From assembly GCA_964016885.1 (NCBI GenBank), contig OZ024756.1, positions 43,834,001 through 43,898,000 of the forward strand: a DNA stretch of 64,000 nt, written 5' to 3'. The notes beneath the pieces are model-generated. The model did no database searches. It worked only from the letters and a program-made list of their open reading frames with translations, and was not told the origin of the DNA. The translations under genes were made by a program, and so were the position numbers. Positions 42,739 through 55,537 of this stretch are shown piece after piece. The stretch comes from Eledone cirrhosa. Lineage: Eukaryota. Each line of letters starts with the position of its first letter. Position 1 is the first letter of the stretch.

Positions 42739-44139
42739 TGTATATATATATATTCCCCCATTTGGCAGTAAATTAGTATTAAAAGAAAAAAAAAAAAAAA
42801 AAGAAAAAATGAATCTTGGGAGGTTTCTCAGTAAAAGAGAAGATGAAAACGAATAAAAATAAAAAAAATAATAAACTTGGCAAATCTGAAAAATAATGTC
42901 TGCCAAAACTGTTGGAGATGTCCCTACAATCTTGGCCATGTATTGAATGAAGATTAGATTAATGTGTAAATTAAAACTGCTGCTTAGGTCAAGACCACCT
43001 TACATTCCTTGGAAAGGTAAGAAGTGCCAACACTACTCTTGGGCTCAAAAGAAATATAAATAAATAATATATTCCAGTAATTAGACTGCAGTATACACTG
43101 CAGTTAAACCCTATTGATTATATAACAATAATTGGCCTTGTAGCTAGCTAAGAAGAAACAACACATGATAGCAATGCATGTGCATTTATATATGTGTGAA
43201 GATGATTGTACACGTGTGCTTAAAAAAGTGCAGTTTTGACAGAAATGTTGTGGGAAAGTTATGTAAATAACAAACCCATTACTGCAATTTAAATCATGTA
43301 CAATGACTTCAGTTTAAGGCAATTGCACAAACATTCAAGTGTATAATTTTGAAAAAGTAAAATATATTTTGGAATTATATATTTGTATTCAAAATATATA
43401 TATATATATAAATATGTGTATATATATATCAATGAAATATGCTTGGAATGCGTCAAGCAAAGTTTTAGAATTGAAATAGAAGCAGCGCTGTAATATTCAC
43501 TATATAATATAGTCTAATAAGGGGGCATAAAACCTCCATGAGTGCTGATAGCCATCTTTTGCTTGTGGGTTCATACACCTCTTTATTAGATGCTTCTATT
43601 TCAATATATCTGATATAATGTATATTTGTATAAGTTCCAGAAAGGCTGTACAATGCAGTACAAATATATTAAGGGCTGACAATAGATATATAAAATATGA
43701 CCTCCCAAAAAAACAAAACAGAAAATAATGAAAAAACAATAACTGTTCAAAACCAAATTCATTTTTACATTTGAAAAGACGGTATTAGCCTTGAAAAATG
43801 TTGAAATATCCTGAGGAAAACATTATTTTGTTTTGTCATATCTTTACCCTTTATATATTTCTACTATATTGTACTGCTTTCTGAAACTTAGTCATTTATT
43901 ACATATGTACAATGCTTTGTATTAATTATATTATTGTATATTTATCTTTTGTGTGAGAGACAGGCATGGCTGGGTGTTTAAACATTTCATTACCCTATTT
44001 CTAATGAAATACATTCTACACCCATTTATTAATGAAGAATTTTGAAGGATTTACTAAAATTATTAATTATTTCCTTACTAAGATGTAAGGTTCTTATATA
44101 AAATTATGTTAGATTTTAATTTAAATTGGAAACCTTTAA

Positions 44140-44405
44140 AATGGGTGTTGGACTTACAATCATAATGCTGTTGGTTTGATTCCTAGACTGGGAGATGTGT
44201 TGTGTTCTTGAGCAAAACACTTCATTTCATGTTGCTCCAGTATACTCAGCTAAAAATGAGTAGCAGCAGTAGGTGGGAATTTAATCCTTCAATGGACTGG
44301 TATTCTGTCCAGGGAGGGGTGAAGTCTTGTGTTCTCAGATGCTTAACTCCATGAAAACTGAGATAAGCACCGTCCTGAAGAGCATCCAGGCTCGAGACAG
44401 ACTTT
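44140..44405 (+). mobile_element. tRNA-derived SINE, same family as 22940-23215
   Basis: Degenerate B box ggtttgattcc, then ttgtgttcttgagcaaaacacttcatttc..gctccagtatactcagctaaaaatgagta. Confidence 0.7.
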
Positions 44406-45358
44406 AGATTTAGATATATACACATTCATATATATATACATACACTTCTGATGTATGGTGTAATAGTAGAGAGTTGTGTGGTGTGACTGAAGGGTTCTCA
44501 AAATGACTGGAGAGCTCTGTGCAGGGTGACAGTGGAGAGTTCTATATGGTATAACAATAGAGTTCAGTGTGGTGTGACAGTAAAGAGTTCTAAACCAAAT
44601 ATATACATTTTATAAAACAACAAAAGAAATATATTTGCATAACAATTACAAAGCTAGGGTTAGAAAGGAAAGACTATAGAGAGAGAAATGAAACAATTTT
44701 GTTCCTTTTCGTCTTTTAAAATAATTATTAATTTATTCTATCTAAAAAGGAAAAAAAATCAGCTTTATTTACTGCTTCTTTCATGTCACATGAAAATACA
44801 CATCTGTTAAACTGTTGATCTGTTTCATCCACATCTGTTCAAGTGTCTGCTTAGCTACATTTATTGAACGTCTATTCCAAATCCTTACTTAGCATCTCTT
44901 TGAAACATAAGCTTCACATTTTTTTTGTTAAAACATTTTCACCATCAGATCCATCACATATATTTTAAGATGTTTGCTTCACATCTTTTCAATGATTTTT
45001 TTTCAACATCTATTTAATGCTTTCCAATGATAGCTTAACATCTGTTTTAATTTCTGATATGAATTGAACGAGAGATTAAACCAATCGAAATGTAGCGTGG
45101 AAGATGGACGTTAAACGATGATGATGATGTAAACTTAAATCTCTAGAGATGGGATTGATAGTTTTAAAACTTTTAATCTGTTTCACATCTTTTCAACATT
45201 TAATACTTCCAACTGATCCTTCATCACCTTTAGTTTTGCCTATAAGTCCTGAAATATCATAGACAGAGGTAGAGAAAAGCATCAATCAACATAACAAGGT
45301 AGTCAAAACTTTACAAGATGAAGCTTGCGTTTAGTTGCCGACTACAATGTAAAGCTGT

Positions 45359-45643
45359 TCACACACTCTGTTTCATTCCATTTAGATAAACAGTGAGAAA
45401 CTTCTTAAAGACTTCAGGATCATATGCAAAGTATTTGTTTTGATTGTCGTCTAAACCCAACCATGGTTGCCGAAGTTTTTTATAGAACATGCGGTTATTT
45501 TGGTCAGTCCAGAGTAGGTTCTTAATGCCATCGGCAGTTTGAAAGTTGAGTGTATTCAGTTGCAGAAAGAGAAAATTGAAATTGCAGTGGTTCATATTGA
45601 TACATTGTACATTGATTGGTTCCGGTAAAGTTTGAACATTCAT
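45359..45643 (-). CDS. MRPL37: MRPL37 coding exon 8 (last)
   Basis: MNVQTLPEPINVQCINMNHCNFNFLFLQLNTLNFQTADGIKNLLWTD...YDPEVFKKFLTVYLNG corresponds to the mL37 C-terminus (LEQPVVVQ..FHFLVFQLNT..EGVKNLAWVD..FKPETFRKFLALYLHG). Acceptor ttgcag, phase 0. Confidence 0.95.
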   Translation of the reverse strand: MNVQTLPEPINVQCINMNHCNFNFLFLQLNTLNFQTADGIKNLLWTDQNNRMFYKKLRQPWLGLDDNQNKYFAYDPEVFKKFLTVYLNGMKQSV

Positions 45644-45696
45644 CTGCAATTACAAAGAAAGGGAAATGTCATATTATACAATATATTCAATATATT

Positions 45697-45882
45697 AATA
45701 ATTGTTTCTACTTTTGGCACAAGGCCAGCAATTAACCCCAGTGCATTACTGGTACTTTATTTTATTGACCCCGTAAGGATGAAAGGCAAAGTTAACCTTG
45801 GTGGGATTTGAACTCAGACCGTAAAGGGCCGTAACTCTGTGCTGCTAAGCATGGCGTCCGACCCTCTACCGATACTGCCAAT
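45697..45882 (-). mobile_element. SINE family A in an MRPL37 intron
   Basis: Full A box, B box, core and tail. Confidence 0.88.
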
Positions 45883-46001
45883 AATAGTGTGTATATATAT
45901 ACATACATAAAGGAAGATATGTTCAAGTGTTGAAAGGCAAAGTTGACTTCAGAAAGTTAAACAATGATGATGGAAAAAAAGATTTGTTGAAAATCCCTTA
46001 C

Positions 46002-46153
46002 CCCGAACCGACGTCTTGCTTCATTTATTGCGTAACCAGCGAGAAAGAGTAAAGCAACAGCACAGTTTTGATTAGCTCCCCAGAAGTTGCTGTGTGTTAC
46101 GAACAACGTGTGGGGATGTTGCTGCAGATGATCAAACGCCCCACTGTGGAAAC
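46002..46153 (-). CDS. MRPL37: MRPL37 coding exon 7
   Basis: tgtgcag|(G)FHSGAFDHLQQHPHTLFVTHSNFWGANQNCAVALLFLAGYAINEARRRFG|gtaagg. It matches YPHTLY...ALAQARLLYG; 152 nt, phase 1 to 0. Confidence 0.92.
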
Positions 46154-46259
46154 CTGCACAAGAAGAAACATTTCATGCGGGTAGAGGAAAACTTCCAAAT
46201 AAATTGATGTAAAAACGCATTATGGATAATTCTTCTTCTTCACCAAATATATATATATT

Positions 46260-46296
<37 letters not shown>

Positions 46297-46387
46297 TCAA
46301 AATAGGGAGCACACAAGACAAAGACAATGAAAAAAACAACAGAAAGATAGACAGTCCCAACTCCTCAGTCAACCTCTGGAAATCACT

Positions 46388-47250
46388 ATGGTTTCAGTTA
46401 ATTTAGGTTCATACCATTCATTCCAGTTCACATTGGGACATAACAACACAAGTAGAGGGCCATGCTCAGTGTGTAGGAAAGGAGTAGGCATAAATTCCAT
46501 TTTATGTCCCAAATGCAAAGTATGGGCACATAAAAGATGTAGTGGGATCACAGGTAAACTATCTAAGAACATAGACTTTATATCTGGCCGATGCTCAGGT
46601 GCAATAAGTAGCAAGTGTCCACAGGATACTAGCTCCTTCTATTGCCCAGATAGTTCTATAGAAATAGTGGAAACTTTCCGTTACCTGGGTGACGAAATCA
46701 GCAGTGGTGGAGGGTGTTCTGAAAGTACAGTAGCCAGAGTCAGAATGGGATAGAAAAGGTTCAGAGAGCTTATACTGCTATTGGCCACTAAAGGTTTCTC
46801 TCTAAAAGTGAAAGGCAGATTGTATGATGCCTGTATACGAACAGCAATGCTACATGGCAGTGAGACATGGGCATTGTGTGCAGAGGACCTGCGCAGACTG
46901 GAAAGGAATGAAGCATGCATACTCCGTTGGATGTGTAATAGTAATATACGTGAATGGCAAAGCATAAATGAACTAAGTGAGAAATTAGAAATAAGAGGGA
47001 TCAGATGCTGTTTACTTGAGAGAAGACTAGGTTGGTATGGTCATGTGATGCGCATGAAAGACGACAGCTGTATAAAAAAGTGCAGGGCAATCAAAACTGA
47101 TGGAAGTTACGGAGTAGGTAGACCCAGATAAACCTGGGACGATCTGATAAATTCCGACCTTACACACTTACATCTCTCTAAGACAATGTCACTGGACCGA
47201 GATCTTTGGTGCTACGCAGTAATTCAGAAGACCCGCCTTGCCTAAGTACA
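46388..47250 (+). mobile_element. RTE-clade LINE, 5'-truncated 3' portion, antisense in an MRPL37 intron
   Basis: PCSVCRKGVGINSILC..C..WAHKRCSG finger, IEIVETFRYLGD, KVKGRLYDACIRTAMLHGSETW, RRLGWYGHVMRM and GRPR*TW. In-frame stops are present. Confidence 0.92.
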
Positions 47251-47384
47251 AAGCAAAACCTAGTCAGTAGGCACCTCCTAACAAAATATACGCCCCAATC
47301 CACTACTCCTACCCTATCCTCCCACTCCCACCAACACTCTCTGTAAAGTTGGTACCACAACATCCAGTCCAAATAAATGAGATC

Positions 47385-47640
47385 GAAATCGTGTAGGTGT
47401 CAACAAAAAAACACAGTCCACGCTGTAATGTGGCCGTGTAGGTAACACGGTAAAAACCTCCCAGTCCACACTGTAAATGTGGTTGGTGTTAGGAAGGGCA
47501 TCCAGCCATAGAAAACCTGCCAGATAGTCCTATATGAGCGAGACACGGTCACCCGACCAACCTTGCCTCAAGTGAGACAACTCCCGTCTAACCCATGCTA
47601 GTGTGGAAAATGGACGTTAAACGAAGATGATGATGATGAT
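47385..47640 (+). mobile_element. SINE family B copy
   Basis: Matches 36040-36276, with tail cccatgctagtgtggaaaatggacgttaaacgaagatgatgat. Tail fragments also occur at ~45095-45128, 49080-49205, 50040-50110 and 51028-51078. Confidence 0.8.
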
Positions 47641-47781
47641 AGAGTGTACAAGGGCTTAGACAAAGGAGAAAGGGGAGAAATAGTAAAAGAGAAGAGAATA
47701 GGATTAGTCCAACGTGTGGACAAAGAAGGACACTGAGGTGTAGAAAAGGTAAGAAGGGAGGATAGGGGAAAACAGGCTGGG

Positions 47782-48236
47782 ATATATATATAGAGAGACT
47801 TGTATATATATATAGAGAGAGAGACATGTATATATATAGAGAGACTTGTATATATATAGAGAGAGAGACATGTATATATATAGAGAGAGAGACATGTATA
47901 TATATATAGAGAGACTTGTATATATATAGAGAGAGAGACATGTATATATATAGAGAGAGAGAGACATGTATATATATAGAGAGAGAGACATGTATATATA
48001 TATAGAGAGACTTGTATATATATATAGAGAGAGAGACGTATATATATATAGAGAGAGAGACTTGTATATATATAGAGAGAGAGACTTGTATATATATAGA
48101 GAGAGAGACATGTATATATAGAGAGAGACTTGTATATATATAGAGAGAGACTTGTATATATAGAGAGAGAGACATGTATATATATAGAGAGAGAGAGACT
48201 TGTATATATATATAGAGAGAGAGAGACTTGTATATA
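47782..48236. repeat. Compound (TA)n(GA)n-CTTG/CATG minisatellite, ~22-26-bp unit
   Basis: About 19 units of tatatatatagagagagagacttg/catg. Confidence 0.9.
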
Positions 48237-48263
48237 CACACACATGCTGAAGAGAAATCTTAC

Positions 48264-48449
48264 CACTGGTTTCATCAGTTTTATAGATATGGATCTTGGG
48301 AATGTCAATGGTTGGTGAAACTGGGTAGATGTCTGGTAGGCTGCATGTGGCACTGGTATCAATAATGTCCTCATTGGCAAAGTTGGGAAGTGGCTGTCTT
48401 GAGAGCAGCAGGGCATCACTGTTGCCAACTATTTGAATGGGTTTGTCAG
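48264..48449 (-). CDS. MRPL37: MRPL37 coding exon 6
   Basis: cttcag|(A)DKPIQIVGNSDALLLSRQPLPNFANEDIIDTSATCSLPDIYPVSPTIDIPKIHIYKTDETS|gtaaga. It matches LQVRG..LSTKDPLP..FYPISPIIDL..IY; 186 nt, phase 1 to 1. Confidence 0.93.
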
Positions 48450-48549
48450 CTGAAGACAGATATATATTCATACATATATATATATATGTAACAAACATTA
48501 TTATATACATAAATAATGAACATTTTGTATATGATTCAATATACAACCC

Positions 48550-48604
<55 letters not shown>

Positions 48605-48651
48605 ATGTATAATCTTCACATACTTGTATACACAATAAAAGTTTTACATAC

Positions 48652-48770
48652 CATATGTGATGGTGGTACGGAGAAAAGAGTTCCTAACAAGTTGATAATC
48701 TGTGAGGATATCAGGAAAGTCTTTGGTCTGATTCTGACAAAGACGGAGTAAGTTAAACAGTAATAATTTC
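48652..48770 (-). CDS. MRPL37: MRPL37 coding exon 5
   Basis: ttccag|KLLLFNLLRLCQNQTKDFPDILTDYQLVRNSFLRTTITY|gtatgt. It matches NLIQLCKSQ..HPSL; 119 nt, phase 2 to 1. Confidence 0.9.
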
Positions 48771-49307
48771 CTGGAAGAGAAAAATGGAGAGAAAACATGT
48801 GGCTTATATTGGTGTAGTTAATGTGGTAGGGTTTATTTTAGTGTAGTGTAGTATCGTATGGTATGGTATAGTGTAGTGTGGTGTGGTATGGTATAGTGTG
48901 ATATGGTATACTGTGGTGTGGTATGGTATTGTGTGGTGTGGTGTGGTATGGTATTGTACCTTATTGACTGCATAGTAGCTCCCTCATTGGTGTGTGTGAC
49001 CCCTAACTATGAAAGTCAGTAGGGAACTTAGTAAGGGAGAATTTGTCTGCTGCTACATTGAGCAGATTAAGCAACTTGTGGTTGGCGTTAGGATGGGCTC
49101 CCAGCCATAAATGGAGCGTACAAGCTAGATGTGATCTATGCTCAGAATTAGACAACTTGTCTAACCCCTGCAAACATGAGAAATAAACATAAAACATTGA
49201 TAATGATAGTAGCTCCCTTCCTCCTTTCTTCCCCATGGGGCAGAGGGATCCAATAAACCAGCAAAACAATTAAAAAAAGAAGAAACCAAAGGAATTGATA
49301 GACTTAC

Positions 49308-49444
49308 GAGGCCTGAAAATTAGGAATGCCATATTCACGTGTAAACTTAAAACCAGGTTTGGATCTGTCGATTCTTTTAGGTAGCTTTTTATAGTCAGTG
49401 TGCCAGACTTGAGAAAACATTACATTGCGTTGTACTAGCTGGTC
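49308..49444 (-). CDS. MRPL37: MRPL37 coding exon 4
   Basis: ccctag|DQLVQRNVMFSQVWHTDYKKLPKRIDRSKPGFKFTREYGIPNFQA|gtaagt; 137 nt, phase 0 to 2. Confidence 0.9.
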
Positions 49445-49634
49445 CTAGGGTCAAATAGTAGAAACATTAGTTGTACTATAGATATAAGGTTTTAAACAAA
49501 CTATTTGATTATATACTGTAACACTTCATACATGAGGTATCAAACATATTGTTTGATACCTCAACCTAGCCAACCCCTATGCCAGCATAGAACATGAATG
49601 TAAAAAGATGCTAATAATGATGAATAGCTATTAC

Positions 49635-49732
49635 CTGGTTTGGAATTGTTACTTTACCAATTCTTTCTTTCAAGGCTGGAGGAAACCCTAGGAAACGCTG
49701 ACACTTAGTGAGGATCTGTGCTTGTTTCAACC
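49635..49732 (-). CDS. MRPL37: MRPL37 coding exon 3
   Basis: caacag|(G)LKQAQILTKCQRFLGFPPALKERIGKVTIPNQ|gtaata. It matches GVKQALWLTKT..EGLP..IENQ; 98 nt, phase 1 to 0. Confidence 0.92.
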
Positions 49733-50141
49733 CTGTTGAGGCAAGAAATACAAGAAAGGTCAAAACTGAAATATTGCAAAGAATTATTGTCTGCGACTCT
49801 ATTGATTCTGAACTCTAAACGGTTTCTAATTTAGGAACAAGGCCAGAAATTTGTGGCAAGGGAACAGTGGAATCGATTATATCGACCTCAGTACTTTAAA
49901 GATCATTGCAAGGACTTGGTAACACAATAATATGCACTCGGTGCACTTTGTAAAGTGCAGGAACATATCTAAATGAGATGTAACACACTCAATCCATCTA
50001 AGAGATCAGTAGCACCGATTAAGTACTGACAGGACCTCATATGTCAACCTGTCTAACCCTAACTAGTAGGTAAAGTGGAGATTTGATGAATATGGACGTT
50101 AAATGATGATCACCATGATAGGCCTGCTTGATCAGAGGTAC

Positions 50142-50621
50142 ACTAGTGTTAGACACTAATAACTAGAGGTAACCCAGTGTTAGACACTAATAACTAGAGG
50201 TAACCCAGTGTTAGACACTAATAACTAGAAGTAACCTAGTGTTAGACACTAATAACTAGAGGTAACCCAGTGTTAGACACTAATAACTAGAGGTAACCCA
50301 GTGTTAGACACTAATAACTAGAGGTAACCCAGTGTTAGACACTAATAACTAGAAGTAACCTAGTGTTAGACACTAATAACTAGAGGTAACCCAGTGTTAG
50401 ACACTAATAACTAGAGGTAACCCAGTGTTAGACACTAATAACTAGAGGTAACCCAGTGTTAGACACTAATAACTGGAGGTAACCCAGTGTTAGACACTAA
50501 TAACTAGAGGTAACCCAGTGTTAGACACTAATAACTAGAGGTAACCCAGTGTTAGACACTAATAACTAGAGGTAACCCAGTGTTAGACACTAATAACTGG
50601 AGGTAACCCAGTGTTAGACAC
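50142..50621. repeat. 31-bp minisatellite x~15 (ACACTAATAACTAGAGGTAACCCAGTGTTAG) in an MRPL37 intron
   Basis: Near-identical head-to-tail units with no spacers. Confidence 0.95.
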
Positions 50622-50656
50622 CCAACACATAAGAATAAAGAAAGAGACAAACGAAC

Positions 50657-50818
50657 CTTCAAGCAGTCGAGAGGTGTGGAAACATGTGTAGATGGGGTCA
50701 GCATGGTAGTTTTTCAACTGCTCCAGAGGGGGTGGTCTCCACCATCTTTCGTCATCACTTACAGGAGGTTCCCATGGAGGTAGGGCTGGCTTCTTACATG
50801 GGTCTACAATCTCCACAT
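50657..50818 (-). CDS. MRPL37: MRPL37 coding exon 2
   Basis: tgacag|VEIVDPCKKPALPPWEPPVSDDERWWRPPPLEQLKNYHADPIYTCFHTSRLLE|gttcgt. It matches PIFPPW..DPRFYRSPPL..CYIFHHRCRLLEG; 162 nt, phase 1 to 1. Confidence 0.93.
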
Positions 50819-51336
50819 CTGTCAACAAACGGAGTTTTGTATATTTCTACATGCCTAACCCTTGCTAACAAACAATATATGATGATGATGGTGATGATTC
50901 TATATAAACACACACAGACCAGACATATATATATATACACATGTTAAACGATGATTATATATACATAAATGTTAAATGATATATACTATATACATATAAA
51001 CATATATATATATATATATATATAACGTCTAACCCATGCTAGCATGGAAGAACGGACGTAAAACGGTGATGGTGATGATATATATACTCATACATACACA
51101 TGTTAAATGCTGAATGTATATACGCACACACGTTAAATGATGATGATTAATCAAGCATTTGGAGGGGTTTACTAAAATGATTTGATTATTAAGATGGTAT
51201 TTGCAAAACAACATGCTGCTTATATAAAATTATGTTCGAAGATTTTAATTTACAAACGGACCCTTTAAAATAGGGGGTCTTGTTCTATAGGAGGGGGTGG
51301 GTATCAAAAGGGTTAATCAAGTAATTCATGTCTTAC

Positions 51337-51457
51337 TAGAATGCAATAGAGGTTTTGGTATGACTCTAGGTGGTTCCACAAATTTTCCCCGGTAGTTCCA
51401 CAGTCTCTTGATAATTGGCCCACGATGTAGGGCATATACAGCAACTGTTAACCTCAT
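51337..51457 (-). CDS. MRPL37: MRPL37 coding exon 1 (start codon and probable mitochondrial presequence)
   Basis: MRLTVAVYALHRGPIIKRLWNYRGKFVEPPRVIPKPLLHS|gtaaga is basic and nearly free of acidic residues. The acceptor atttcag lies just upstream (exon boundary 51468), and phase 1 fits exon 2. Confidence 0.8.
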
Positions 51458-52269
51458 TCTAATGATATCTGAAATATAAGATATAACTAGTAGCATCATC
51501 ATCATCATTTAATGAAGATGATGGTGGTGATGACGTGGATGGAAATAATGATGATTATGGTAGTGGTGGTGACGAGGATGGAAATAATTATGATTATGGT
51601 GCTTTTAATAAATTCAGAAAGATAATTCAAGTTTCGAAAAGTCAAAAATAATTAGTTACCTATTTTTTTTTTTTTCCTTTGAAAACTTAAAAATATATTT
51701 TATTATTCACAGTTGTATAATACTGAGATGGTGTTGGCCTCAAAATATTCAGGTGACCCTTGTCGTGACGTGTGTGGCCAATTCTTGCACTTGTTGGGGA
51801 ATAAATGATTGTTATTGTTTCTTTGTTTATTTTCTCTCGCTTTGATCATATATGTTTGTGCAATATATTTATAAGATCCATAGCAATAATTAATTATATT
51901 TATTATGTGGGTTTATATTTTCATTCTGTAAGAATTATAAACAATTTGTAATATTATTTATTTAAATTCAAATATAAAACTGAAAAGAAAAGAAAAAAAA
52001 ACTGTGGTGCAGTAAGAGTGTAGCTAAAACAGATTTTTATAACAATACCTGGTACCTGAGGTAAAACGTTGCCCAGGTGTGAAACTGGGACAAAAGTTTC
52101 TATTTAAACAACCCGGTATTATGATCCCAGTCAAGGTTATTAAAACACGTGAAGTAACAGATTCACGTGTAAATAAATATCGTTAATAACAAACACCGAG
52201 AGAAAGAGATAAGAAATCGTGGTTATTATCACAATAATTAGTATAAATAATATAAATATTAAGACTTAC

Positions 52270-52310
52270 GTCGCTGTTTTAACAACTAAAAAATTGGTAA
52301 CATTTGGTGA
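52270..52310 (-). other. MRPL37: Probable non-coding 5' exon of MRPL37 (upstream limit uncertain)
   Basis: Consensus donor on - (cagcgac|GTAAGT, boundary 52270). The ATG exon has an acceptor, so an upstream exon is needed. Confidence 0.45.
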
Positions 52311-54201
52311 GAATATTCTTTAATGACATTGACAGGGGGGATAACTCTAGTTGACGGTGAGCCTAAATGTTAGTTCCTTGTTAAATAACATCGTTAGAAT
52401 GTCCGTAATCTTATCACTGTCAATGTCATTTTCCCTTCAGCCATTAATTTACAAACGTTGTTGAGGAACATCAACCATGGAGATGATGTAGAAGTCAGAG
52501 GCACAGTTCCTTCCTCGAGACTAAACCTCACGCACTTAAACACACACACACACACATATTTACACTCACTCACATACCCACACATACTCACAAGGTCATG
52601 GTGTGGTGGTAAAATAGATTTATTTTAAACAAACTGTCTAAATAACAGGAATAAGGCATACAAAAATCTGGGTAAATTAAAAATTTGTTTTCAAGACTTA
52701 CAGTGGGGTGGGGGAGTTGTGGGGAGTGTGTGGGATTATATAAATACGCAGTTATAGAGAGAAGAATTTGGTCTCACTGGGGTCTCAAATAATAGAAGGG
52801 GGTAGTAAGTAGGGGGGAGCAGTAATTGTATAGGGTACATTCGTAAATATGGGATTTCTTGTAATGTTCTTCTTTTAACATATATAATGTTTTTTTAATG
52901 TAAAATGAAATAATTATTAGATTCTCCAGCTGCTGTATCAATATGAATCACTTACAATAAAATTTCGCCGGAGGTAGATCAGTAAAATAAGCGGTTGGGG
53001 GTGGGGGCTGGGGGAATAATAACCGGGGGTGAGGGGAATATGGTACCTCACCCATCTAACCACCAACACTACCACCAACGCTACCACCACCACAGCCACC
53101 ACCAACACTAACACTACAACCATCACCAACACTACCACCACCACTACCTCCACCACAGCCACCTCTACAACCACCACTACCACCACTGGCATAATCATCA
53201 TCATCATAATCATTAGCTCCATCACTATCACCACCATCATCATCACCAATATAAACATTGCAATACATACACACATACATACACACACACATATACATAA
53301 ATACATACACACGTACACAACATACACACACGCACTCATACATACATACATACATACATACATACATACATACATACATACATACATACATACATACATA
53401 CATACATACATACATACATACATACATACACACACTCAAACATAAATACACACAAACAAAATATCTGTAGAAGCTACTGAAAACAAAACTGACCTAATTT
53501 ACTGAAATAGTTAATGTGATAAAAAGGAAAGAAACAAAAAGAAGAGAGGAGTTAAAAGAAAAACAAAGTTAGGGAGAACCTCTAAATTAACACACCAACA
53601 CCATATAAAAATAAAATTCCTCCATCAAGTGTTTGAACCAAAAAATAAAACCAACGAAAATAAAATCCAGAAAGAACCCTGAGAAAGATTTATATCTGAT
53701 ATATTCTAGAAATTAATAGTAAAACATCCATAGAAAGTAATTAAAATCTTCAGCAAGTGTAACAATCATCTGAGCACATCATATGTCGTAATAACAACTT
53801 TTAAGTGTTATTTACACACATTACAATAAACAACAAAACAGATTCACTTAGGAAACGATTCAAAATTCGTTCACCAAAAAAAAAAAAAAAAAAAAAATCA
53901 ATTTAATAAAAATACAATAAAATTCCCACAAAAATGGCAGAAACTGAAAATATAAGCAATGTACGAAGTCGAATAATCCGCTCAAGTTTGTATCTGGGAA
54001 ATATCGTGTTTATTTTCTAATAGTGGCCAATGGCAACTTCTTTTTCCGTCTTTTAAGTGTCTTCACCCTGTTTTATAAGCTATTTCATTACATCTCTACA
54101 CATGAACACATCATCCTTTTGTTATCTATTTATTTCAATGACCAATAGTATGAATGTTTACAATAAAAATACACAATCACTTCAAAAACAACACACGCAC
54201 G

Positions 54202-54273
<72 letters not shown>

Positions 54274-54863
54274 AACCACACCAATAATTCCATTAACTCC
54301 CAAAACACAGAAAGATTACATTGATCGGTTCTGTATATATTTGTTTATCTGCAGAAACCCTACTAGTCTCTCCAAGGAGGTCTACCTTCACAACACGACT
54401 ATATATATATATACACATATTAAACATGTCATGTGTAAGTTCTGTATACGTATTTCTTCGTAACAACGTTGTATTGACACTAGTTATTTATTCCAAGCCG
54501 TCAACTTTGAGGCATTTATAGTAAATTTTGTTATGCTTGTCATAAACTATTAGAAATTTCTGTAGGAAACTCCAAAGCCTTTGGCTGCTAGAAAGGTGAG
54601 ATAAGGGATCCCTGATGGGTTTTTAATGAAAGCCGAAACTAATCCGTTTAATCCCCACTTCAATGGCTTTTCCACGCAGATCTGTCTTCGCAGTAAAACT
54701 AAATAGGAGTTTATTAAATATGTCATATACAACTTCCGTTTTCAGATTTACTTTCATAATAAGAGTGTGTTGGTACTGCAGTTACACACACAAACACAAC
54801 AAAGCAAACAACACAGTACAATGAAGAAATGTGTTAATTTAAGGCTTTATAAAGTAGGTAAAG

Positions 54864-54907
54864 AGTCTTTACGTTTCGGACAGCAGTGCTTCATCAGAAT
54901 ATAGACT
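54864..54907 (-). ncRNA. Minimal type I hammerhead motif
   Basis: Minus strand: AGTCT-atat-T-CTGATGA-agcactgctgtcc-GAAA-CG-TA-A-AGACT. The core is intact, stem I is bulged and stem II is weak. Confidence 0.55.
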
Positions 54908-55174
54908 GAGAAATAAGAGTGAGAGGAGGAAGAAACATAAAAAAAACATTTTTTTAGGAAAAGCACGTGTGTATTCAGTCAACCATTTTGAGGTTATATA
55001 TATGTGTGTGTGTATATATATATATGTATATATGGCTTCTACATACATAGCTAATTCTAAGCAGATGTATAACGTAGTTTCTCCTAATTTGTGGAATACT
55101 GAGAGAATGTGACACGAGGGACAAATAGAATATTTATTTTACATTGCTTCAACAACATCTGTGTATAAGGTGTG

Positions 55175-55240
<66 letters not shown>

Positions 55241-55396
55241 GATTTGTTTACGCGTTTCATTAATTCTCTGTTCTGTGTGTGCATATGTGCATATGTATGT
55301 ATACGTGTATGCATGTATGTATATATATATATATAAAACATGAGAAGAAAGAATACTGCGTGGTTGCACATGGGTTACATATGATAAAAATAGTCC

Positions 55397-55439
<43 letters not shown>

Positions 55440-55493
55440 GTATATATGTGTGAGTGTGTGTATATACATACATACAAATATTCCTGAATATAC

Positions 55494-55537
<44 letters not shown>

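Noticed and set aside
48616-48798. ORF-track 60-aa peptide
   Set aside because: Wrong frame; the real MRPL37 exon 5 uses another frame.
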